A stretch of 64,000 nucleotides of DNA, from the NCBI GenBank assembly GCA_045585835.1, contig JAZMZG010000017.1, positions 152,315 through 216,314 on the forward strand, in the 5' to 3' direction. The notes beneath the pieces are model-generated. The model worked only from the letters and a program-made list of their open reading frames with translations, ran no database searches and was not told the DNA's origin. This document shows, one piece after another, positions 9,294 to 17,945 of this stretch (position 1 is its first letter; each line of letters starts with the position of its first letter). Source of the DNA: Eubacteriales bacterium (GTDB lineage Bacteria; Bacillota; Clostridia; Oscillospirales; CAG-272). A program made the translations under genes and the position numbers.

Positions 9294-9435
9294 AAAAAAT
9301 CCTCATTTTTCGTAAAATAGGGTATTTCGAAAAGCATCTTGAAAAAATAGCGTTTCCGAGATTAAAATACCGCAATATACAGTATATACCATAATTGCAT
9401 AAATTGCAAGTATTTATTTATAACGAAGATAACTA

Positions 9436-9464
9436 TTGCAAAAGGTGTCATTTTATGGTATGAT
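9436..9464 (+). promoter_or_regulatory. Sigma-A promoter with extended -10
   Basis: TTGCAA (9436-9441), 17 nt, TGgTATGAT (-10 at 9459-9464), about 30 nt upstream of mtaD. Confidence 0.6.
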
Positions 9465-9493
9465 ATTGTGTAATGATATAAGCAGAGGTAATT

Positions 9494-10771
9494 ATGAATA
9501 CTGTTATTCGCTCAGCAGAAGTGCTTTTAAAAGAAAACGGCGTATACACCGTCAAAAAATGCGATATCGGTATCGAAAACGATACGATACGCCACGTGGG
9601 GAATATCCCCCAAGACTTTGCCGCAGATAACATCATTAGCGGTGAGGGAAAGTTTGCCGTTCCCTCTTTAATTAACTGTCACACTCACGCTTATATGAGC
9701 GTTTTCAGAAATCTTGCGGACGACCTTCCTTTCGATAAATGGCTTTTCGAGTCAATTATGCCCCGTGAGGACAGAATGACATGCGAAGGCGCAAAAGCGG
9801 GTGCGATGCTCTCGCTTCTCGAGATGATAAAAAGCGGCACAGGATGTTTTGTCGATATGCATATGTTCCCAAGAGCAAGTGCCGAGGCGGCGTCGGAACT
9901 TGGTATGCGTGCAGTTATATCGAGAGGACTCGCGGGCGAAATCGGTACGGACGGCGGTGCGGAAAGAAGATTCAGAGAGGCAGTCGAGGAGATAAGCGAG
10001 TTTTCCGAAAACCCGCTTCTTACGTTTATGATAGCGCCGCACGCAATTTACACCTGCGGTGAAAAGACGCTTCGCTACAGTGCAGAGCTTGCCGAGAAAC
10101 TCGGACTCGGAATAAATATCCATCTTTCCGAAACACAGCACGAATTCGATTCGTGTATGGCAGAGCACGGTATGACACCCGTAGAATACTGCGCAAGTCT
10201 CGGACTTTTGACCGATAAAACTCTTGCCGCTCACCTTGTAAAGCTCACGGATAAAGATATCGAAATACTTGCACAAAATGGCGTGAGCATGGCGTCTTGC
10301 CCGATAAGCAATATGAAGCTCGCCAACGGCTTTGCACCCGTAGAAAAGCTCATGGCGGCAGGCGTAAACATCACACTCGGCACCGATAGCTGTGCAAGTA
10401 ATAATACGGTAAACCTATTCCCCGATATGAGAGCCTACGCTCTTGTACACAAGGGCAAGCTTTCCGATGCGCTTTCCGTAAGCGCCGCAGATACGGTCGA
10501 TGCGGTCACGGTAAATGCGGCAAAGGCACTCGGACTTAATACGGGCGCTATCGAAGAAGGCAAGCTTGCCGACATAACGCTTTACTCGCTTTCCGAGCCC
10601 ACGCTATGCCCCCGTAACAATCTTCTCTCTGCCCTCGCATACAGCATGGGCGGATACGAGGCGGATACGCTTATCATCGGCGGAAAACTAATAATGCAAA
10701 ACAAAGAGATAATCACCGCAGACGTTGAAAAAATATATTACGATGCCCAAAAGGTCATCGACATTTTATAG
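9494..10771 (+). CDS. mtaD: 5'-methylthioadenosine/S-adenosylhomocysteine deaminase (amidohydrolase superfamily)
   Basis: 425 aa. HxH metal motif INCHTHAYMS, HLSE, and late TDS...N residues. Overall MtaD/DadD-like layout. Confidence 0.8.
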   Translation: MNTVIRSAEVLLKENGVYTVKKCDIGIENDTIRHVGNIPQDFAADNIISGEGKFAVPSLINCHTHAYMSVFRNLADDLPFDKWLFESIMPREDRMTCEGAKAGAMLSLLEMIKSGTGCFVDMHMFPRASAEAASELGMRAVISRGLAGEIGTDGGAERRFREAVEEISEFSENPLLTFMIAPHAIYTCGEKTLRYSAELAEKLGLGINIHLSETQHEFDSCMAEHGMTPVEYCASLGLLTDKTLAAHLVKLTDKDIEILAQNGVSMASCPISNMKLANGFAPVEKLMAAGVNITLGTDSCASNNTVNLFPDMRAYALVHKGKLSDALSVSAADTVDAVTVNAAKALGLNTGAIEEGKLADITLYSLSEPTLCPRNNLLSALAYSMGGYEADTLIIGGKLIMQNKEIITADVEKIYYDAQKVIDIL

Positions 10772-10779
10772 GAGGAGCT

Positions 10780-12015
10780 ATGAGCTACGAGATAAAGGAT
10801 ATAAACCTTTGGGAAGAAGGAAAAAGGAAAATCGACTGGGTGCGCGCACATATGGACCTTTTGCGCACGATAGAGGAAGAATTCATAAAGACAAAGCCCT
10901 TTGCGGGACTTCGCGTCGCTTTGTCTATCCACCTTGAAGCAAAGACCGCATATCTTTGCAAGGTGCTTGCTTCGGGCGGTGCCGAAATGTACGTTACCGG
11001 CAGTAATCCCCTTTCAACACAGGACGATATTGCCGCCGCCTTGGTGCACGACGGCCTTAACGTATATGCTTGGCACGGCGTGACCGCTGAGGAATACGAG
11101 CATCACACGAGAATGGTTATCGAAGCCGCTCCCAACTTCATTATTGACGACGGCGGTGACCTTGTAAACCTTATCCATACAGAGTATCCCCATCTTCTTG
11201 AAAACGTCATAGGCGGCTGTGAGGAGACCACTACAGGCATTCTCCGCCTTGTGAGCATGGCAAAGAGGGGCGAGCTTAAATTCCCGATGGCTTTGGTAAA
11301 CAACGCAAAGTGCAAATATCTTTTCGATAACCGTTACGGCACGGGTCAGTCCGTTTGGAACGGTATAAACAGAGCAACGAATCTCATCGTTGCGGGCAAA
11401 AACGTAGTAGTTGCCGGTTACGGTTGGTGCGGTAAGGGTGTTGCGATGAGAGCAAAAGGACTCGGCGCATCAGTTATCGTGACCGAGATAGACGCAGTTA
11501 AGGCTATGGAAGCCGTAATGGACGGCTTTAAGGTTATGCCTATGAACGAAGCGGCGAAGATAGGCGATATTTTCGTTACCGTTACGGGCTGCTGTGACGT
11601 TATCACGAAGGAAGCCTTCGAAGTAATGAAGGAAGGCGCTATAATGTGTAACGCAGGTCACTTCGACGTCGAGGTTGACGTAAAGACGCTTCGCGAGATG
11701 GCGAAATCAAGCTTCCTTGCAAGAGAAAATATTATGGGCTATACCCTTGAAAACGGCAGAACGCTTTACGTTATCGCAGAGGGCAGACTCGTAAACCTCG
11801 CCGCAGGCGACGGACATCCTGCGGAAATTATGGATATGAGCTTTGCTATCCAAGCACTCTCCGCACTCTATATCGTACAGCACAGAAACGAGCTTTGCGA
11901 TATGCTTATAACCGTACCCGAAGAGGTAGACGAAAAGGTTGCACGTATGAAGCTTAAATTCTGGAACGTTGAAATAGACGCTCTCACGGATAAGCAGATC
12001 GAATATTTGGGATAA
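10780..12015 (+). CDS. ahcY: Adenosylhomocysteinase (short archaeal/Thermotoga-type, 411 aa)
   Basis: MSYEIKDINLWEEGKRKIDW..., NAD-binding GYGWCGKG, HFDVEVD. Starts 8 nt after mtaD. Confidence 0.9.
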   Translation: MSYEIKDINLWEEGKRKIDWVRAHMDLLRTIEEEFIKTKPFAGLRVALSIHLEAKTAYLCKVLASGGAEMYVTGSNPLSTQDDIAAALVHDGLNVYAWHGVTAEEYEHHTRMVIEAAPNFIIDDGGDLVNLIHTEYPHLLENVIGGCEETTTGILRLVSMAKRGELKFPMALVNNAKCKYLFDNRYGTGQSVWNGINRATNLIVAGKNVVVAGYGWCGKGVAMRAKGLGASVIVTEIDAVKAMEAVMDGFKVMPMNEAAKIGDIFVTVTGCCDVITKEAFEVMKEGAIMCNAGHFDVEVDVKTLREMAKSSFLARENIMGYTLENGRTLYVIAEGRLVNLAAGDGHPAEIMDMSFAIQALSALYIVQHRNELCDMLITVPEEVDEKVARMKLKFWNVEIDALTDKQIEYLG

Positions 12016-12025
12016 AGTAAAAAAG

Positions 12026-12057
12026 TCCGACAGACTCGCATCTGTCGGATTTTTTTA
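12026..12057. terminator. Bidirectional terminator between ahcY and ricT
   Basis: TCCGACAGA-ctcgca-TCTGTCGGA flanked by AAAA and TTTTTTT. Confidence 0.8.
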
Positions 12058-13197
12058 TTTCTGTTCTTCCTTTTGCTCTTTCTTTGCGGCTTCGCCCTTT
12101 TTCATTTTGCCGATAACCTCAACGTCATCACGGCTTATAAGCTTTATTACGGTATCGTTTTTGTCCGTAAGTCTAACCTTGATAAGTCCCGCAAGCGGGC
12201 TTGTGTCGATTACGACACCCTCGTCGCCGTCCTTACAGCGCACTATGGAATCCACGGGAGGCGTTTTCTTTATCTCTTCCTCGTATACGTCGTTTTCGTA
12301 TTTAAGGCAACATATAAGTCTTCCGCAGGTACCGGATATCTTTGCCGAGTTGAGCGAAAGATTTTGGTCTTTTGCCATCTTTATCGAAACCTGTGCAAAA
12401 TCCGAAAGGAAGCTGTTACAGCAGAACACTCTGCCGCATATACCAAGTCCCCCAAGAAGCTTTGCTTCGTCTCTTATTCCTATCTGACGAAGCTCGATTC
12501 TCGTTTTAAATACTGTTGCAAGGTCCTTTACGAGCTCTCTGAAATCCACTCTGCCGTCTGCTGTAAAGTAGAATATGAGCTTATTGTTATCGAAGGTATA
12601 TTCAACGTCCACAAGCTTCATTTCGAGCTTATGCTCGGCTATCTTCTTTTCGCAAATTTCAAGCGCTTCCTTTTCAAGACGGAGGTTATTTTCGTGGCGT
12701 CTTGTATCGTCTGCACTCGCAAGGCGTACTATCGGCTTTAAGGGCTTTACTATCGTTTTTTCATCAACGAAGCTGTTGGGAACTGCGACAGTGCTGTACT
12801 CAACACCTCTTGCCGTTTCGACGATAACTGCCTGTCCCTTTTGTACCTGTATGTCGCCGGGTGCAAAATAATATATCTTGCCGACATCTTTAAAGCGTAC
12901 GCCGATTATTTCAACCTTTTGCGACTCTTCAACCTCTTGTCCGCCAAATCCTCCCTGATAGCCGACCTTGGCATCCTTATCGGTTTCATAGGGCTCGAAG
13001 GTCTGGCTTTCCGACATGACCTCGCGGCTTTCGACCTCAAGCTCGCTTTCGCCCAAAACCTCGGGAGCGGGCGTATTATTTAACGGTTTATCGGCATCTT
13101 TTGCCTTTGCATTTTGCTTATGATGAAAGTTTTTTCTTCTGTTGCGGTGATATTTGAAGCCTTTGCCGCCGCCTTTTTTATCTTTATTTTCTTCCAT
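12055..13197 (-). CDS. ricT: PSP1-domain protein RicT/YaaT with ~100-aa low-complexity N-terminal extension
   Basis: PSP1 core starts at VEIIGVRFKDVGKIYYF. Cys clusters CGRVFCC and CGRLICCLKYE. Sits in the conserved position downstream of holB. Confidence 0.85.
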   Translation of the reverse strand: MEENKDKKGGGKGFKYHRNRRKNFHHKQNAKAKDADKPLNNTPAPEVLGESELEVESREVMSESQTFEPYETDKDAKVGYQGGFGGQEVEESQKVEIIGVRFKDVGKIYYFAPGDIQVQKGQAVIVETARGVEYSTVAVPNSFVDEKTIVKPLKPIVRLASADDTRRHENNLRLEKEALEICEKKIAEHKLEMKLVDVEYTFDNNKLIFYFTADGRVDFRELVKDLATVFKTRIELRQIGIRDEAKLLGGLGICGRVFCCNSFLSDFAQVSIKMAKDQNLSLNSAKISGTCGRLICCLKYENDVYEEEIKKTPPVDSIVRCKDGDEGVVIDTSPLAGLIKVRLTDKNDTVIKLISRDDVEVIGKMKKGEAAKKEQKEEQK

Positions 13198-13244
13198 AAA
13201 TGTTTCCTCTCGTTTGTTTGTGCGATGTAAGGTGTGTATTTATA

Positions 13245-14174
13245 TTATACCGCCTGAATGAATCTTAATACGGAAAGCTGAACGTTTCCGTTTCGGTAAA
13301 GCTCGTTTTTTTCTTTTTCAAGAAGCTCGTATAAGGAAATTGCCTTTGCAAAGCTTATCCTTCTTGCTATCTCCGCCCTCTGTTCTTCACTTATAAAATA
13401 CTGCGGATGCGATACACCATAGCTTCTTGCGGCAACGTCGCGCATAGCAAGCTGAAGCTCGGAGTAGAGCGCGATAAGGCTTTCTTTACCCGTCGCCTTC
13501 AAAGAAAGAAGCGATGCGGCGTGCGCCTTTGACTCGGTCGCAAGCGCCTTGAGTATCTCATAAGACGTATCTCTAAGCGAAAATGCGCCCTTTTTCTCCA
13601 TTATGTTGTATGCGGCGCCGACGTATCCTTCAGAAAGTCTTGCTGCTTTTCTTGCAGTATCCTCGTCGCATTTGTATTTTTTTATAAGGTGTAACATAAG
13701 CTTTTCTGTGGGAATACTCTCCATCGGAAAGCTCATACATCTTGAGCGCACCGTTGAAAGCAAGGTGGCGTCAGTAGTTGCAAGTAAAAAGAACTTCGCT
13801 CTTCCCGAAGGCTCTTCAAGCGTTTTCAAAAGAGCGTTTTGCGCTTCCTTGCCAAGCGTCTCGGCATCGTCGATGACATATACCCTAAACGGTGCCTCGT
13901 TCGGCGCAAGCTCTATCCCTTTTAAAAATTCTCTGACCGCTTTGACCTTTATCGTTGCGTCCTGCGGGTCTTTCGATAGAATCTGCAAATCGGGATGTGA
14001 AAGCGTATCGAGCTTTTTACAAGCACTGCAGAACCCGCAAGGTCTTTTTTCTCCGCTTTCACAAAACATTTCCTTGATAACGTTCATAACAAAAGTCGTT
14101 TTTCCGCTTCCATCGGGGCCGATCAAAAGATATGCGTGAGAAAGGCTGCCGCTTCGTATCTTCTCGGAAAACAT
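13245..14174 (-). CDS. holB: DNA polymerase III subunit delta'
   Basis: GPDGSGKTT Walker A, Zn module CGFCSACKK, VIDDAE box, SRC motif (TVRSRC). Confidence 0.9.
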   Translation of the reverse strand: MFSEKIRSGSLSHAYLLIGPDGSGKTTFVMNVIKEMFCESGEKRPCGFCSACKKLDTLSHPDLQILSKDPQDATIKVKAVREFLKGIELAPNEAPFRVYVIDDAETLGKEAQNALLKTLEEPSGRAKFFLLATTDATLLSTVRSRCMSFPMESIPTEKLMLHLIKKYKCDEDTARKAARLSEGYVGAAYNIMEKKGAFSLRDTSYEILKALATESKAHAASLLSLKATGKESLIALYSELQLAMRDVAARSYGVSHPQYFISEEQRAEIARRISFAKAISLYELLEKEKNELYRNGNVQLSVLRFIQAV

Positions 14175-14290
14175 TTCCGCAAGCTTTTTATTTCCAAAAA
14201 AAACGGTTTTCGTGGCGGTCTCCCCCTTTGCATATCAATTCAATTTAGTATATCATATTCTTTTCTTTAAGTCAAATACTTTTGAAGGTA

Positions 14291-14319
14291 TTGAAAAAAG
14301 TTTTTATATATGTTAAAAT
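14291..14319 (+). promoter_or_regulatory. Sigma-A promoter with extended -10
   Basis: TTGAAA (14291-14296), 17 nt, TGtTAAAAT (-10 at 14314-14319). Confidence 0.5.
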
Positions 14320-14329
14320 TAACGAGTTA

Positions 14330-15058
14330 ATGACGGTGAAAGGGAATTTTGCGTTGAAGAGCGTAGACTACATTTACGAAAATTTAAAAATAGTCCAAGA
14401 CGACGAGCATTTGAAATACGGCACGGACGCTTTGCTTTTATCCGCCTTCGCAAGAGGCGGTGCTAAATCAAAAGCCGTTGACCTCGGCTGCGGAAACGGC
14501 GTTATCGCACTCGCGCTAGCTTATCTTGGCAAAGCCCAAAAAACGGTCGGAATTGAGCTTCAGGAAAGCTCCGCTTTGCTTGCAAGAGAAAGCGTCGCCG
14601 TAAACAGCTATGAAGATAAGGTCGAGATAATACACGGCGATTTTACCGCTATGCCTTCGGAATATTTCGGCGCATTTGACTATGCCGTGGCAAACCCGCC
14701 GTATATGAAGGTCGAGTCGGGAAAAGCAAACGTCTACGACACGATGAACATAGCACGTCACGAGGTCGGCTGTGACATATATTCGCTTTGCAAAGCGGCT
14801 TCAAAGCTCGTGAAATTCGGCGGATATCTTTATACGGTCTACCGCCCCGACAGAATATGCGACCTTTTCGATGCGCTGCGAACGAATAAATTCGAGATAA
14901 AGCGCCTTACCTTCGTTTGCGCCCGAAAAGACCTTGAGCCATGTCTTGTGCTGACTGAAGCAAAGCTCGGTGCGGCGCCGGGAGTAAAGGTCACCCCCGT
15001 TTTCTTCATTTCGGACGAAGAAAAAATGAAAAATATCTATAACGGAGGCAGCTTATGA
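14330..15058 (+). CDS. SAM-dependent N6-adenine methyltransferase, TrmN6/YabB-like
   Basis: SAM motif VDLGCGNGV and catalytic NPPY (VANPPYMK). The start was moved to ATG 14330 because the ORF-track TTG lies inside the promoter. Confidence 0.75.
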   Translation: MTVKGNFALKSVDYIYENLKIVQDDEHLKYGTDALLLSAFARGGAKSKAVDLGCGNGVIALALAYLGKAQKTVGIELQESSALLARESVAVNSYEDKVEIIHGDFTAMPSEYFGAFDYAVANPPYMKVESGKANVYDTMNIARHEVGCDIYSLCKAASKLVKFGGYLYTVYRPDRICDLFDALRTNKFEIKRLTFVCARKDLEPCLVLTEAKLGAAPGVKVTPVFFISDEEKMKNIYNGGSL

Positions 15059-15894
15059 CAGCTGAAAACAAACTGACACCCGCACTGTATCTTGTGGGCA
15101 CTCCGATAGGCAACCTTTCAGATATGAGCGCACGTGCAATATCTACTCTTTCTGACGTGGATTTTATTGCGGCGGAGGATACCCGAAATTCTTTAAAGCT
15201 TCTCTCGCATTTCGGTATTAAAAAGCCGCTTGTCAGCTACTACGAGCATAATAAGCGCGAACGCGGTGAAATAATTGCAAAGCGCATACTCGAGGGAGAA
15301 AGCTGTGCGCTTATAACAGATGCGGGTATGCCCGCTATATCCGACCCCGGCGAAGACCTCGTTAAGCTATGCGAAGAGCTCAGCATAAAAGTATACGCTA
15401 TCCCCGGCCCGAGCGCCGTAGTCACCGCGGCAGCACTTTCGGGAATATCCGTCGGAAGATTTACCTTCGAGGGCTTTCTGTCCACTAACAGAAACGAGCG
15501 TGATAAGCACCTTCAAAGCCTAACGGGTGAAAGGCGCACGATGATATTTTACGAGGCGCCGCATAAGCTTAAAAAGACGCTTTCCGACCTTCTTGATACA
15601 TTTGGCGACAGAAAGCTGTCCTTGTGCAGAGAGCTTACGAAAATACACGAGGAGGTCTGCCGTACAACAATAAAAGGTGCCATCGAAAAATATGAAGCTA
15701 TAGAGCCCAAAGGTGAATTTGTGCTCGTGCTTGAGGGTAAAACCGATGACGATGCTCCTTTTTGGGAAAAGCTCAGTATCAAAGAACATTTCTTGCACTA
15801 CGGTGGACTTTCCGAATCCGATGCTATGAAAGCCGTTGCAAAAGACAGAGGTATTTCCAAGAGCGAAGTGTATAAGGAAATCAAAGTTAAATAG
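15055..15894 (+). CDS. rsmI: 16S rRNA (cytidine1402-2'-O)-methyltransferase
   Basis: Tetrapyrrole-methylase fold with LYLVGTPIGNLSD and TDAGMPAISDPG. ATGA overlap with the upstream gene. Confidence 0.9.
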   Translation: MTAENKLTPALYLVGTPIGNLSDMSARAISTLSDVDFIAAEDTRNSLKLLSHFGIKKPLVSYYEHNKRERGEIIAKRILEGESCALITDAGMPAISDPGEDLVKLCEELSIKVYAIPGPSAVVTAAALSGISVGRFTFEGFLSTNRNERDKHLQSLTGERRTMIFYEAPHKLKKTLSDLLDTFGDRKLSLCRELTKIHEEVCRTTIKGAIEKYEAIEPKGEFVLVLEGKTDDDAPFWEKLSIKEHFLHYGGLSESDAMKAVAKDRGISKSEVYKEIKVK

Positions 15895-15902
15895 GAGGAA
15901 CT

Positions 15903-16493
15903 ATGGGAATAATTGAAATGCTTGCCCTTGCGATAGGTCTCAGTATGGACGCATTTTCGGTTGCAATATGCAAAGGACTGTGCTCAAAAAAGGCAAGCTT
16001 TGTAAATATGGCAAAATGCGGACTTTGGTTTGGCGGATTTCAGGCTTTAATGCCTCTTCTGGGGTACTTCTTGGCAAGCATATTTGCAAAGCAAATAGAA
16101 GCATTTGACCATTGGGTCGCATTCGTTTTACTTGCACTTATCGGCTCGAATATGCTTAAAGAAGCGTTTTCAAAAGAAGAAACTTCATGCCCCGTAGACG
16201 AAAAAGACAACTTCTCTGTAAAAACGATGTTTACGATGGCACTTGCGACCTCCGTGGACGCGATAGCGGCAGGTATTGCTTTGGCAACGGAGTCTGTGAC
16301 GAAAGATATTAATATAGCCCTCGCAGTGTCGCTTATAGGTATAGTGACCTGTGTCCTCTCCGCGCTCGGCGTGAAGATAGGTAGCGTCTTTGGCGACAGA
16401 TTCGAAAAGAAAGCGCAAATAACGGGCGGTGTGATACTTATACTGCTCGGACTTAAAATACTTCTTGAGCACCTCGGAGTGCTTAACTTTTGA
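15903..16493 (+). CDS. mntP: Manganese efflux pump MntP
   Basis: Two DUF204-type repeats (LSMDAFSVAI and TSVDAIAAGI) and 6 TM helices. Confidence 0.85.
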   Translation: MGIIEMLALAIGLSMDAFSVAICKGLCSKKASFVNMAKCGLWFGGFQALMPLLGYFLASIFAKQIEAFDHWVAFVLLALIGSNMLKEAFSKEETSCPVDEKDNFSVKTMFTMALATSVDAIAAGIALATESVTKDINIALAVSLIGIVTCVLSALGVKIGSVFGDRFEKKAQITGGVILILLGLKILLEHLGVLNF

Positions 16494-16506
16494 ATTTTAA
16501 TACATA

Positions 16507-16539
16507 AAAGCACCTTTCGCTCGTGGCAAAAGGTGCTTT
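16507..16539. terminator. Bidirectional terminator between mntP and the EamA gene
   Basis: AAAGCACCTT...AAGGTGCTTT hairpin followed by TT. Confidence 0.6.
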
Positions 16540-16542
16540 TTG

Positions 16543-17370
16543 CTATGCTTTTTCACGTTTATCTTTTAGCTGTACGAAAATGCCGACGACGATTACGCAA
16601 AGTCCGATAACAAAGTTTATATGCAAGGGTTCTTTCAATATAAGAGATGTCCAAATAAGCGAAACAAAGGGCGTTATGTACGCAAGATTCGATATCTTCG
16701 CCGTCTTTCCCGACTCAAGCGCCATAACCCAAAGCGTATTCGCTATGGCGACGGTGAATATACCGTTGTACGCAAAGCCGAGTGCTTCGGGCACGGTGGG
16801 AATAAACAGATTCCCGCTTGCCGCGTTAATGATACTCGTGAGTGCAAAGGTTACGAAATAATTTATCATCAAAGAGATGGGTTTATCGTAACGAAATTTT
16901 TGATTAAGCGCGGTAAAGGTACCGTAGCATATCGCGCCGAGAATGCACAAAAGCGCGCCTGCGGCAGTATTTGCATTGAAATGTAAAAGCTCGCCGCCCA
17001 TAACTATCACGACGCCGCAAAACGACAGTGCGATAGCGATTATCTTACGCAAGGTGAGCTTTTCCTTTAATATTATACAAGCCATAACAACGCTCATTAT
17101 AGGCCATAAATAATTCACGATAAACGCTTGGGAAGCAAGCATTTTCTTCGTTCCCGCATAAAAGAAAACGTAATAGAAAAATCCGCCGGGAATACCTATA
17201 AGCACGGAAATAATGTAGTCTTTAAGCTTATAGGCTTTCAGCTTTTTAATGTTGCCGGTTGCAAGATTTATAGCAAGAAGAAAAACAGCCGCAAACAACG
17301 AGCTTATCCATAATACCTGAAAGTTGTTTCGCGCGCCGAGAAGTAACTTTGCAACCACCGAAACGGTCAA
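16543..17370 (-). CDS. EamA/DMT-family transporter (main frame; 5' end apparently frameshifted, see findings)
   Basis: 275 aa with about 10 TM helices and a duplicated EamA-like layout. The frame begins at a TTG directly after an in-frame TAG, with no SD. Confidence 0.75.
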   Translation of the reverse strand: MTVSVVAKLLLGARNNFQVLWISSLFAAVFLLAINLATGNIKKLKAYKLKDYIISVLIGIPGGFFYYVFFYAGTKKMLASQAFIVNYLWPIMSVVMACIILKEKLTLRKIIAIALSFCGVVIVMGGELLHFNANTAAGALLCILGAICYGTFTALNQKFRYDKPISLMINYFVTFALTSIINAASGNLFIPTVPEALGFAYNGIFTVAIANTLWVMALESGKTAKISNLAYITPFVSLIWTSLILKEPLHINFVIGLCVIVVGIFVQLKDKREKA

Positions 17371-17414
17371 CTAAAAAATATTGATAAAAATGCGTAAATA
17401 TATGTTTTCTTCAT
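17367..17414 (-). other. SD-preceded 15-codon start segment (MKKTYIYAFLSIFFS*), out of frame with the EamA body
   Basis: GAGGTG sits 4 nt before ATG 17414. The segment stops at TGA 17367-17369 and overlaps the TTG of the main frame. Confidence 0.5.
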
Positions 17415-17526
17415 TTCGCACCTCGAATGATTTAATAGATCGTTGTTATTATACACCAAAATCAAATGATTTCAAGTTTTTTGCTATTTATTTGATATTT
17501 TTTACATTCAGTACTTTTATAAAAAC

Positions 17527-17556
17527 TAAACGGATACCGATTTTTCGGTATCCGTT
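17527..17556 (-). terminator. Terminator downstream of tRNA-Leu
   Basis: AAACGGATACCG-n6-CGGTATCCGTTT. On the minus strand it is followed by aGTTTTTaT. Confidence 0.8.
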
Positions 17557-17559
17557 TAG

Positions 17560-17646
17560 TTGGTGCGGATGACGGGACTTGAACCCACACGCCAATGAAG
17601 ACACAAGCACCTCAAGCTTGCCTGTCTGCCAATTCCAGCACATCCG
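17560..17646 (-). tRNA. tRNA-Leu (anticodon GAG)
   Basis: The minus strand reads GCGGATG-TG-CTG-GAATTGGCAGA-CAG-G-CAAGC-TTGAGGT-GCTTG, a 15-nt variable arm, GTGGG-TTCAAGT-CCCGT, then CATCCGC-ACCA. It forms a class II cloverleaf with A73 and an encoded CCA. Confidence 0.9.
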
Positions 17647-17672
17647 CATACGCTATTTCTAACGCGCTTGAT

Positions 17673-17701
17673 AAGTATATCGCAAAAAACGCACGATGTC
17701 A
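17673..17701 (-). promoter_or_regulatory. Sigma-A promoter for tRNA-Leu
   Basis: Minus strand TTGACA (17701-17696), 17 nt, TATACT (17678-17673), about 26 nt before the tRNA 5' end. Confidence 0.6.
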
Positions 17702-17794
17702 ATACCTTTTTTGAAATTTTTTTCTTTTTTTGAAAAAGTTATAAATTTCCTTCACTCGTTGCCTTTCCGAAACGATATTTATGATAATTTTCTA

Positions 17795-17823
17795 TTGATT
17801 ACAGCCCGATTGTATGATATAAT
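17795..17823 (+). promoter_or_regulatory. Sigma-A promoter (extended -10) for sORF-ruvC-ruvA
   Basis: TTGATT (17795-17800), 17 nt, TGaTATAAT (-10 at 17818-17823). Confidence 0.6.
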
Positions 17824-17870
17824 ATCGTATTATAAATGTATAATTATTTATACGCAACAAGGAGAATGCT

Positions 17871-17945
17871 ATGAATAAACTCGGTTGTTTACCTTTCACT
17901 CTTTCAGCTATTTTGGCAATAATCGCCCTTGCAATAATCCTATAA
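17871..17945 (+). CDS. 24-codon hydrophobic small ORF (MNKLGCLPFTLSAILAIIALAIIL), translationally coupled to ruvC
   Basis: AAGGAG (17859-17864) sits 6 nt before ATG 17871. The TAA stop (17943-17945) overlaps the ruvC ATG (17945) as TAATG. It is too short for the ORF track. Confidence 0.5.
   Translation: MNKLGCLPFTLSAILAIIALAIIL

Noticed and set aside
12073-12741. 222-aa plus-strand ORF
   Set aside because: It is antisense to ricT/yaaT and begins inside the bidirectional terminator.
15895-15902. Expected yybP-ykoY Mn riboswitch upstream of mntP, and a T-box upstream of gltX (24572-24592)
   Set aside because: Only 8 nt and 21 nt of intergenic space are available, so there is no room for either RNA element.
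17381-17878. 63-aa and 60-aa plus-strand ORFs in the AT-rich region around the tRNA
   Set aside because: They overlap the tRNA terminator and the tRNA and ruvC promoters. They lack an SD and have AT-rich codon composition.
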